Positions 56,288 through 64,000 of a stretch of 64,000 nt of DNA are shown here, piece by piece. The stretch covers positions 160,001-224,000 of the forward strand of contig CAYLXA010000003.1 in assembly GCA_964387845.1 (NCBI GenBank), given 5' to 3'. This DNA comes from an uncultured bacterium (GTDB lineage: Bacteria; Omnitrophota; Omnitrophia; Omnitrophales; Abzuiibacteriaceae). A program made the position numbers and the translations under genes. Every line of letters begins with the position of its first letter. Position 1 is the stretch's first letter. Under the pieces are notes generated by a model. The model was given only the letters and a program-made list of their open reading frames with translations, ran no database searches and was not told where the DNA came from.

Positions 56288-58449
56288 ATTTTTGTCGTCA
56301 AGCGGGTTCCGATCCAGAATAAAGCCAGTGATGCCAACACACCAAAAAGAATCTGGAGATTTGTAAAAGGTTCATAATCCATCGAAACATGCCGGTCTCC
56401 CGGTTTTACTTTGATGCGCATCAAGCGGTCTTCTTTTGCATAAATACCCCTCTCTTTCCCGTTGACGAGCGCTTTCCAGCCTTTTAAATCAATAAACGTT
56501 GCAACCAACTCTTCTTCCCGTTGAATGGAAGGCAGCTTCACCTTTAGGCCGTTGCCTTTTATTTGAATCGACGCAGGATCGAGCCAGGACCTGACGTTCC
56601 CATTTTGGAGATAAACAATACTAACCGGTTCCGGATTTTCAAAAAGCAAGAGAATGGATTGCTGGCCGGCAACGCGCCAGTTATTTTCCATCAATTCCCG
56701 GCGCGGCCCCGTCAAAATGTATTTAATTCCGAGGCGGTTCACTTTTTCCTGGTCCCAGGGCCCCACAAAATGATAAGCAAGCGGCGTCAGGTCAACTTCG
56801 ATCATTTTTTCTTTCATCAGAAAATCCGCGAAACGCTTGTTTACCAAAATGCTGCGCCCCGCGCTGCCAAGAACATATTTTTCGGCAGCCCGTAAATCGT
56901 GCCCATGCGCGGTGACAATTTCGGCAGCAAGGCGTGAATTAGGCGTCATTGCGTCGAGAAATTTTTCAGGCAGAAATTTTGATTCCCAGCTGTTTGAGTA
57001 ATGATGAATAGGAAAAGGGCCCGGGTCTTTGCTGACGCAGCATTCGGACCAATCTTCGAGATTCAAAATATTGGCTGCTATGGTTACCTTTGACCAAATC
57101 AGCGACAGGCCCAGCAGCCCGCAAAAAATCAGGCCGATGTTTGATCGGGCTTGTTTGCCGGAATCTATTTTTGAAGCCAAACAATAAATTGCGTACAAAA
57201 TAACAAAAGCCAAGAAAAAGAAAACGGGAAATTTATATTTCCACTCAATTTGATGCCAATCGAGCCAAAAAACTGATGCGAGAAGAACCGCCGCAAGAAT
57301 AGCTAAGGAAACCGCCAAAAACTTTTTCGAAAAGGCATTTTTTGAAATTTTATCCAGCGCGATTCCGGCCGGAACGGCAAAAAAAACGCTCGAAATCCAC
57401 CAAATTCGCGTGGCATCGGTGGATTTAAGAAGCGGGGCGGATAAGTAAAAGTCTTTGAAACGCAAAAGGAGAAAGACAAAAATGACAGGCCCAATTCCTA
57501 AGATCAGAAACCGGACAGGAAAATAAATATTCTTTTTGAAATCATTCTTAAAACTCCAAACAAGCCCGATTAAGGATAAGGTGACAAGCGGCAGTGAAAA
57601 ATAAATCGCGGAATCCATGTGATGGCGCCATGGTTTTTGCTGGCCGATCAGGCCCGATAAAAGCCGCTTAAAAGTGTAATCCGGAGCCAAATATTTTTGG
57701 CCGACGCGCGCGCTTTCTTTTACATGTTCAAAAAAGTTCATAAAATCTGCGTAATAAAATAAAAATCCTGCCGCGATCACGATCAAAGTCAAAATCATTT
57801 TTTTGTCAAACCTGGCTCGGGACAAAAAGAGTTGGTTCAACACGATAAAAGGGATCATCAAAAAAACAAGATTGGTGCTTGTGCTTAAAGTTGCGGTCAC
57901 CATAGCCGCATAAAACAAGAAAAGGTACTTCGCGTTAGGTTTGTCATTGAAGCGCTCTTGAAATATCAAAATTGCTATAAAACATAAAAGCGACAATTGA
58001 TAGTAATGGTGTGCGAAATGCCATAAAAATCCGGGCGAAAAAAAGGTGACGACTGCGCAAATAGCGGCAATTCCGGCCGGCATATATTTTTTCAAATAAA
58101 AAATAAGCGCAAACACCGTCAAAAACGCAATCGCAGCCCGATTTATTGTCATGGCTACCGGATTCGGAAAAAAATAATAGGTAAGGGCGTGGGGCGAAAA
58201 CGGATAAGTGGTTGCATCGCCTAAAATAGGTGTTCCGAAATTGTGGTACAAGTTCATCATCGGAATTTGGCCGTCGCGCATGATCGAACGGGCTATGAAA
58301 AGATTGGGAAACGTGTGATTGGCGTCGTCTGCCTTGTCGAATGCGGCACAATCGGTAAAAAAGAAAACTTTGATGATCACGAACAAAGCAATCGCCAGAG
58401 GAACAAACCCGTACACAATTTGTTTCTTAAAGCTAAACGGCATGAGCAT
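56284..58449 (-). CDS. YfhO-like GT-C family membrane glycosyltransferase, divergent paralogue C
   Basis: 721 aa. N-terminal …ANHTFPNLFIARSIMRDGQIPMMN… parallels the HDTFHFF…GAIPQW block of A and B. The C-terminal domain parallels …W..L/VVNGK……KA…, followed by a terminal TM. It overlaps ygfZ (ATGA) downstream and mutY upstream. Confidence 0.5.
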   Translation of the reverse strand: MLMPFSFKKQIVYGFVPLAIALFVIIKVFFFTDCAAFDKADDANHTFPNLFIARSIMRDGQIPMMNLYHNFGTPILGDATTYPFSPHALTYYFFPNPVAMTINRAAIAFLTVFALIFYLKKYMPAGIAAICAVVTFFSPGFLWHFAHHYYQLSLLCFIAILIFQERFNDKPNAKYLFLFYAAMVTATLSTSTNLVFLMIPFIVLNQLFLSRARFDKKMILTLIVIAAGFLFYYADFMNFFEHVKESARVGQKYLAPDYTFKRLLSGLIGQQKPWRHHMDSAIYFSLPLVTLSLIGLVWSFKNDFKKNIYFPVRFLILGIGPVIFVFLLLRFKDFYLSAPLLKSTDATRIWWISSVFFAVPAGIALDKISKNAFSKKFLAVSLAILAAVLLASVFWLDWHQIEWKYKFPVFFFLAFVILYAIYCLASKIDSGKQARSNIGLIFCGLLGLSLIWSKVTIAANILNLEDWSECCVSKDPGPFPIHHYSNSWESKFLPEKFLDAMTPNSRLAAEIVTAHGHDLRAAEKYVLGSAGRSILVNKRFADFLMKEKMIEVDLTPLAYHFVGPWDQEKVNRLGIKYILTGPRRELMENNWRVAGQQSILLLFENPEPVSIVYLQNGNVRSWLDPASIQIKGNGLKVKLPSIQREEELVATFIDLKGWKALVNGKERGIYAKEDRLMRIKVKPGDRHVSMDYEPFTNLQILFGVLASLALFWIGTRLTTKI

Positions 58450-59539
58450 ATTGTTCGAAGGTTGTTTTCAATAGACTTTGGTAAGGGACCGGAAAAGAAA
58501 GCTTCGTGATTCCGGAACGTGAAACCCAGCGGCTTCCGGAATTAACATGGCCTTGATTCGTTTTGAAAACAAACGGCGAAATTGTCATCTTCAAATGTGT
58601 TAAGTGATGCGTAATCGGTTCGATTGAAGCTATGGGCGCGGCTTTCATTTTGTATTCATTATGAATGTAGCGTTCGATTAATTCACGGAACGAATTTTTA
58701 ACCGGCGAAGTGATGCTTGGCACTTCCCAAAGCCCGCCCCAAATGCCTTTCGCCGGCCGTTTCCGGACCAAAATTTTTCCGTCATTCAAGATAAAAGCAG
58801 CCGCAATCCGGACTTCTTTTTTCTGCAGAGCCTTGGATTTGATCGGCAATGATTCCTGATTTCCTTTTTTATATGCGGAACAAACCGAAGAAACCGGACA
58901 AGCCGTGCAATTGGGCATCGCCGGAATGCAAATCAAGGAACCAAGTTCCATGAGCGCTTGATTAAAATCTCCAGGTGATTTTTCAGGAACCAACTGTCCG
59001 GCAATTTCGTATAAAAATTTCTGCGTTTCGGGTTTTAAAATATCCTTTTTGATATTAAAAAGCCGGGAAAGAACGCGCGCCACATTTCCATCGACAAGCG
59101 GCACGCGCTTTTCGAATCCGATGCTGGCGATGGCGCCTGCCGTGTAGCGTCCGATTCCCGGAAGCGCGAAGAGAGAATCAAAATCACTCGGAATTTTTCC
59201 GCCGTGTTTTTCACAAATCATTTGCGCCGCTTTATGCAGATTTCGCGCGCGCGTGTAATAACCAAGCCCCTCCCAAAGTTTTAAAACCTTATCGATCGGC
59301 GCTGCGGCGAGTGATTCGATATCGGGAAACACTTTCATCCAGCGTTCGAAATAGGGAATCACGGTCTTGATCTGAGTTTGCTGAAGCATGACCTCAGAGA
59401 TGAATGTTCGGTAAGGGCTTTTTTGGGAGCGCCAGGGCATGGGACGCTTATTTTTGGAAAACCAGGCAAGCAGGTTTTTTTGAATCTTTACCTGTACATT
59501 TCCCGAAACTTTCGAATTCATAGAGCTAGAATTTATCAT
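58433..59539 (-). CDS. mutY: A/G-specific adenine DNA glycosylase MutY
   Basis: HhH-GPD (…LPGIGRYTAGAIASI…), a 4Fe-4S cysteine cluster (C-x6-C-x2-C-x5-C), and a C-terminal NUDIX-like domain. Confidence 0.85.
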   Translation of the reverse strand: MINSSSMNSKVSGNVQVKIQKNLLAWFSKNKRPMPWRSQKSPYRTFISEVMLQQTQIKTVIPYFERWMKVFPDIESLAAAPIDKVLKLWEGLGYYTRARNLHKAAQMICEKHGGKIPSDFDSLFALPGIGRYTAGAIASIGFEKRVPLVDGNVARVLSRLFNIKKDILKPETQKFLYEIAGQLVPEKSPGDFNQALMELGSLICIPAMPNCTACPVSSVCSAYKKGNQESLPIKSKALQKKEVRIAAAFILNDGKILVRKRPAKGIWGGLWEVPSITSPVKNSFRELIERYIHNEYKMKAAPIASIEPITHHLTHLKMTISPFVFKTNQGHVNSGSRWVSRSGITKLSFPVPYQSLLKTTFEQYAHAV

Positions 59540-59553
59540 ATAATGTTGGGCTT

Positions 59554-60900
59554 ATGAATCATAATTTAGAAAAGCTGGATAAGAAACATATCTGGCATCC
59601 TTTCACGCAAATGCGCGATTGGGAGCGTGACGACATTCTTGTTATCGAGTCCGGCAAGGGATGTTTCCTGCGCGATACGAAGGGCAGGCGCTACATTGAC
59701 GGCGTTTCATCGCTTTGGTGCAATGTGCACGGCCACCGGGTTCCCGAAATTGACCGCGCAGTCAAAAAACAGCTCGGAAAAATTGCACATTCGACTTTTT
59801 TGGGGCTTTCGAATGTTCCCGCCGTTTTGCTGGCGCAAAAATTAGTCAAAATCGCGCCCAAAGGGCTTTCACGCGTTTTTTATTCGGATTCCGGCTCCGA
59901 ATCGGTCGAAATCGCGGTCAAAATGGCGTTTCAATATTGGCAAAACCTTGGCGAAAAGAAGAAAACCAAATTTATCCGGCTCACAAACGCTTACCACGGC
60001 GATACGCTCGGCTCCGTGTCGGTTGGCGGCATTCAATTGTTCCACGATATTTATCACTCGCTTACTTTTAAAACGATTTCAGTTCCGGCACCGTACCGGT
60101 ATCGCGACTCATTTTCCGGCACCGAATCCGAGTACGCCAAATTTTGCGCAGATCGGCTGGAGAAAATTATTCAGAAGCATGCCCGTGAAACGGCAGCGCT
60201 CATCATCGAACCTTTGATGCAGGGAGCTGCCGGAATGATCAATCAACCCCGCGGATTCATTTCGCGTGCAAGACAGCTGACAAAAAAGTATAATGTGCTG
60301 CTCATTTTTGACGAGGTGGCAACGGGTCTTGGGCGGACCGGAAAATGGTTTGCGGCGGATCATGAAAGAGTTTCGCCGGACATTTTGTGCATCGCGAAAG
60401 GTTTGACGGGCGGTTATTTGCCTCTTGCTGTAACTCTAGCAACAGAAAATATTTACAACGCTTTTAAGGCCGATTACGCTGCCCTCAAAACGTTCTTTCA
60501 TGGCCATACTTATACGGCGAATCAGCTGGCTTCAGCCGCGGCACTTGCCAATCTCGCAGTTTTTGATAAAAATAAGACGCTCACGAAGCTCAATTCCAAG
60601 TTAAAGTTCTTATCTAAAAGGCTTGAATCATTTTGGAAGCTCCGGCATGTCGGCGATATCCGCCAGACTGGTTTTATGGCCGGCATTGAACTTGTCCGAG
60701 ACCGGATGACGAAAGAACCGTACGATTGGAAGGAAAAAATCGGGATCCGGGTCATTGAGGAAGCGCGTAAGCATGGCGTCATCATCCGGCCGCTTGGAAA
60801 TGTGATCGTGCTGATGCCGCCGCTTGCGATCGAAATGAAAACGCTCGAAAAATTGTTGAATGTAGTTTATAGGTCAATTCAGAAAGTAACGGAACGTTAA
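59554..60900 (+). CDS. bioA: Adenosylmethionine-8-amino-7-oxononanoate aminotransferase
   Basis: Class III aminotransferase with a BioA-like N-terminus (HIWHPFTQM) and PLP Lys region (…DILCIAKGLTGGYLPLA…). Confidence 0.85.
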   Translation: MNHNLEKLDKKHIWHPFTQMRDWERDDILVIESGKGCFLRDTKGRRYIDGVSSLWCNVHGHRVPEIDRAVKKQLGKIAHSTFLGLSNVPAVLLAQKLVKIAPKGLSRVFYSDSGSESVEIAVKMAFQYWQNLGEKKKTKFIRLTNAYHGDTLGSVSVGGIQLFHDIYHSLTFKTISVPAPYRYRDSFSGTESEYAKFCADRLEKIIQKHARETAALIIEPLMQGAAGMINQPRGFISRARQLTKKYNVLLIFDEVATGLGRTGKWFAADHERVSPDILCIAKGLTGGYLPLAVTLATENIYNAFKADYAALKTFFHGHTYTANQLASAAALANLAVFDKNKTLTKLNSKLKFLSKRLESFWKLRHVGDIRQTGFMAGIELVRDRMTKEPYDWKEKIGIRVIEEARKHGVIIRPLGNVIVLMPPLAIEMKTLEKLLNVVYRSIQKVTER

Positions 60901-60903
60901 ATT

Positions 60904-61614
60904 ATGGGTCGGGGGATTTTTATAACGGGAACGGGGACCGGTGTCGGGAAAACAATTATTTCCGCCGGCCTCGCGCTCGCGCTGAAAGAGCGAGGCATCA
61001 AAGTCGGTGTAATGAAACCAATCGCGACAGGCTGTGTCGGCGAGAACGGAACGCTCATCAGTACGGATGCTGTTTATTTGTTTGAAGCGGCAGAGAATGA
61101 ATACGCACCTCTCACCAATCCTTACCGTTTCCGAAATCCGGTTGCGCCGAACGTGGCGCAGATTTATGAGCAGCGCGAAATCGATACGGATGCGATTTTG
61201 GCGGCGTATAAAAAATTGACGGAACTTTACGATTTTGTCATCGTCGAAGGCATCGGCGGTTTGATGGTTCCGATCAAGAAGAAATATTTTGTCACCAATT
61301 TAGTGCGCGAAATGGATTTGCCGGTGGTGATTGTGGCGCACATCGGACTTGGTTCTATCAATCACACGCTTTTAACGGTTGATTCCGCCATGATCCGCGG
61401 GCTTCAAATCCGCGGCATTATTTTTAACCGCGCGCCGCTTGTTAATTTTTCGCTCGCGGAACTCACAAACCCGAAAGTGATCAATGAACTGACGGGTCTT
61501 CCTATTTTGGGAACGCTTCCCGAGCTTGAAGATGTGAACGTGGAGCAGTTCCGCTACGGTCGGCTGCTTGAGATTTTCAAAGACCGGATTAATATCGAAC
61601 AAATTCTGAAATAA
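60904..61614 (+). CDS. bioD: Dethiobiotin synthetase
   Basis: P-loop ITGTGTGVGKT; 236 aa; follows bioA. Confidence 0.85.
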   Translation: MGRGIFITGTGTGVGKTIISAGLALALKERGIKVGVMKPIATGCVGENGTLISTDAVYLFEAAENEYAPLTNPYRFRNPVAPNVAQIYEQREIDTDAILAAYKKLTELYDFVIVEGIGGLMVPIKKKYFVTNLVREMDLPVVIVAHIGLGSINHTLLTVDSAMIRGLQIRGIIFNRAPLVNFSLAELTNPKVINELTGLPILGTLPELEDVNVEQFRYGRLLEIFKDRINIEQILK

Positions 61615-61616
61615 TT

Positions 61617-62687
61617 ATGAACAAAAAAGTGCTGGTAGCCATGTCCGGCGGTGTCGATTCTTCAGTAGCTGCATACTTACTGAAAGAAGCCGGGTGGACT
61701 GTGGGCGGTGCCACAATTCGCACCTGGGCGAGCGGCGAATGCAAGGATATCAACACCAAAACCTGCTGCGGCGTGATTGGTGTTGAAGATGCGCGGGACG
61801 TTGCCTGGAAGCTTGATATTCCGTACCACGTTTTTAATTTTGAAAAGGAATTTAAAGCAAAAGTCGTCGATTATTTTTCGCGCGAATATTTAAACGGACG
61901 GACGCCGAATCCGTGCATCGCGTGTAATCAGCATATTAAATTTGAATTATTTTTGGCGCGTGCACGCGAACTCGGATACGACCATATCGCAACCGGCCAT
62001 TATGCGCAAATGACGTTTGATGAATCCACAAAACGCTACGGCGTTAAAGAAGGCGCGGATGGCACCAAAGATCAGGCGTATGTCCTCTTCCCGCTTTCTC
62101 AGGATGTTCTCTCGCATTTAGAGCTCCCCATTGGGAAATATCCAAAGACCGAAATTCGCCGGGTTGCGAGAAAATTGGAACTAAGAGTTGCGGACAAGCC
62201 CGACTCAATGGAAATTTGTTTTATCCCCAGCAATGATTACGCAGGATTCCTGGAGCGGGAGCTTAAACTTGAAGAAAAAACCGGCGACATTGTGGATCAA
62301 GATGGCAAAGTACTCGGACAGCACAAAGGTTACTACCACTACACCATCGGCCAGAGGAAGGGAATCAACATCGCACATCAGCACGCGCTTTATGTGACGG
62401 ATATTATCCCGGAGAAAAATTTGGTTGTGGTGGGCGCCAAATCTGATGTGAAACGTTCCCGCTGTGAAGTTGCGGATGTGAATTGGCTTCATCCGGTCAA
62501 CGGCAAGCCTGTAAGAGTTCAGGCTAAAATTCGCGCGCATCACGAAAAAGCGTGGGGAATGTTGAGAAAAATTTCCGAATCCGACGCTGAAGTTATCTTT
62601 GAAGACCCGCAAGATGCCATCACGCCCGGTCAGGCCTGTGTTTTTTATGACGGCGATAAAGTTTTGGGCGGGGGCTGGATCAAATGA
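61617..62687 (+). CDS. mnmA: tRNA-specific 2-thiouridylase MnmA
   Basis: PP-loop VLVAMSGGVDSSVAA, catalytic Cys region (…NPCIACNQHIKF…), 356 aa. Confidence 0.9.
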   Translation: MNKKVLVAMSGGVDSSVAAYLLKEAGWTVGGATIRTWASGECKDINTKTCCGVIGVEDARDVAWKLDIPYHVFNFEKEFKAKVVDYFSREYLNGRTPNPCIACNQHIKFELFLARARELGYDHIATGHYAQMTFDESTKRYGVKEGADGTKDQAYVLFPLSQDVLSHLELPIGKYPKTEIRRVARKLELRVADKPDSMEICFIPSNDYAGFLERELKLEEKTGDIVDQDGKVLGQHKGYYHYTIGQRKGINIAHQHALYVTDIIPEKNLVVVGAKSDVKRSRCEVADVNWLHPVNGKPVRVQAKIRAHHEKAWGMLRKISESDAEVIFEDPQDAITPGQACVFYDGDKVLGGGWIK

Positions 62688-63514
62688 TATTTTGGAATAA
62701 GCGAAAAAAACTTGAAGCGATTCTTAAAAAGTACCGCCAAGTGGTCATCGCCTATTCCGGAGGGATTGATTCCGCATTTCTGCTCAAAATCGCACGCGAC
62801 GCTTTGGGAAAAGAAAATGTCAAAGCCGTGACAGCGGTGAGTCCTGCTGTTCCGGAGCGCGAAGTCGAAGAAGCTTCCAAATTTGCGCAAGCAATCGATG
62901 CCGAACATATCCTGATTAAAACGCAGGAAATCGAAAACCCGAATTACGCACAAAATCCGGAGAATCGCTGTTATTTCTGCAAGAAAGAACTTTATACCAA
63001 ACTCACCGAACTTGCCCAAACGTGGCAGATCAAAACCATTTGCAGCGGAACGACTTTAAGCGATCTTGGGGATTGGCGCCCCGGACTAGACGCCGCAAAA
63101 GAATTTAAAATAGAAAGCCCGCTCATGGCTGCAAAGTTTTCGAAGGACGATGTCAGGCATGAAGCGCGCAAACTCAATCTCAGCATTTGGGACAAACCCG
63201 CGACCCCGTGCTTGGCCAGCCGGTTTGCGTACGGCAATTCCATCACGGAAGAAAAACTGAATAAGATCGAAATCGGCGAAAATTATTTAAAAGATCTCGG
63301 CTTCAAAATTTTTCGCTTGAGGCATTTGGGCAAGGACGCGCGGCTTGAATTGGGTGAAATCGAATCAAAACTTTGCGCCAATCCATTTTTTCGGGACAAT
63401 ATTACACAATTTATTCATTCTCTTGGTTTTGAATCGCTGACATTTGATCAGTACCGTTCGGGCCGTTTAAACGAGGATGCCGGAATTAGGGCACAACATA
63501 TCGCCACTATTTAA
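62684..63514 (+). CDS. PP-loop ATP pyrophosphatase of the LarE/TIGR00268 family (sulfur transferase-like)
   Basis: VVIAYSGGIDSAFLL PP-loop. 276 aa with a conserved Cys in the …CSGTTLSDLGDWRPG… region. Confidence 0.6.
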   Translation: MIFWNKRKKLEAILKKYRQVVIAYSGGIDSAFLLKIARDALGKENVKAVTAVSPAVPEREVEEASKFAQAIDAEHILIKTQEIENPNYAQNPENRCYFCKKELYTKLTELAQTWQIKTICSGTTLSDLGDWRPGLDAAKEFKIESPLMAAKFSKDDVRHEARKLNLSIWDKPATPCLASRFAYGNSITEEKLNKIEIGENYLKDLGFKIFRLRHLGKDARLELGEIESKLCANPFFRDNITQFIHSLGFESLTFDQYRSGRLNEDAGIRAQHIATI

Positions 63515-63522
63515 AAATCGTC

Positions 63523-64000
63523 ATGAAAATCCGAGGACATTTTCTTAAACTACCGGATTATAAAGACCTTAGTCTCTCTACAACCCGCATCAAACAAGCC
63601 GCCTTGCCCGCCGAGGTTGTTTTGCCGCTCAAACAGCATGTCGGCCTTCCTTCATACCCGATTATTAAGCAGGGAACGCCGGTTCAGGCGGGCACTAAAA
63701 TTGCAGTCGGGCAAAACGAATTTTCATCCAATCTACATGCCAGCATTTCAGGCGTTGTTTCCGAAATTAATTCGGAGTGGATACGGATCGAATCGGACAA
63801 GAAGGATGAATGGGACCCCTCTATTCAAGAAGATCGTAACTGGGAAGATGCGTCGCCTCAGGAAATTTTAAAACAAATCCAAGAATGCGGCATTGTCGGA
63901 ATGGGCGGCCGGGGTTTTCCGACTCATTTAAAAATAAAACTGCTTCAAGAAAATCCTGTTGATTGGCTGGTCGTCAACGGCTGTGAGTCCGAGCCTTTTT
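63523..64000 (+). CDS. rnfC: Rnf/Rsx electron-transport complex subunit C (RnfC), N-terminal part; 3' end lies outside the window
   Basis: Manual translation from the ATG at 63523: MKIRGHFLKLPDYKD…GMGGRGFPTHLKIK…VVNGCESEPF. It is absent from the ORF track because no stop occurs before the window end; the track's 63617-63871 ORF is a different frame. Confidence 0.75.
   Translation, partial: MKIRGHFLKLPDYKDLSLSTTRIKQAALPAEVVLPLKQHVGLPSYPIIKQGTPVQAGTKIAVGQNEFSSNLHASISGVVSEINSEWIRIESDKKDEWDPSIQEDRNWEDASPQEILKQIQECGIVGMGGRGFPTHLKIKLLQENPVDWLVVNGCESEPF

Noticed and set aside
63617-63871. 84-aa ORF-track entry
   Set aside because: Wrong frame. The same DNA encodes a clear RnfC N-terminus (GMGGRGFPTHLK) from the ATG at 63523, which runs off the window.

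Overview
This is a gene-dense bacterial chromosomal window of mostly housekeeping and envelope genes, likely from a diderm organism with roughly 45% GC. There is no CRISPR array, no rRNA, and no clear transposase, integrase or reverse transcriptase. The one RNA gene is tRNA-Asn(GUU) on the minus strand at 16932-17004.

Recognisable genes, in order:
- recR 3' end, a bifunctional class-II aldolase/SDR, a ClC channel, dps, and an operon of a DUF481 outer-membrane protein, pfkA and a secreted charged coiled-coil protein.
- A beta carbonic anhydrase, a K+-independent-type membrane pyrophosphatase (hppA), csp, a signal-peptide-bearing katG, and maa.
- An MBOAT/SGNH O-acetylation pair in an operon with a small membrane protein and a sulfatase whose CxPxR motif is non-canonical.
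- msrB, rlmI, the Liv-type ABC transporter (five genes), rhlE, an NOP2/Sun methyltransferase, metF, glpK, a glutaredoxin, a PilT-like ATPase, a family-4 uracil-DNA glycosylase and cysK.
- About 13 kb (45.5-58.5 kb) of glycan-modification genes: a DUF2079 membrane protein, three NAD-dependent sugar epimerase/reductases including a GDP-fucose-synthase-like one, a GT2 polyprenyl-phosphate sugar synthase, and three large YfhO-like GT-C membrane proteins.
- ygfZ, mutY, bioA, bioD, mnmA, a LarE-like PP-loop protein, and the start of rnfC.

The most striking observation is that two of the YfhO-like paralogues (48143-50509 and 53036-55309) are mosaic. Three blocks of 89, 54 and 510 bp are 100% identical between them, while the rest of the genes have diverged to roughly 35-65% amino-acid identity. 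This points to recent gene conversion or cassette exchange, or alternatively to an assembly artefact.

Other oddities:
- Tandem paralogous small helical proteins at 8094-8520.
- Two paralogous small secreted proteins flanking metF.
- A compound palindrome of AATCCG/CGGATT motifs downstream of recR.
- An epimerase ORF (51616-52344) whose Rossmann glycine motif lies upstream of any canonical start codon.
- A three-gene operon of unknowns downstream of a GIY-YIG gene.
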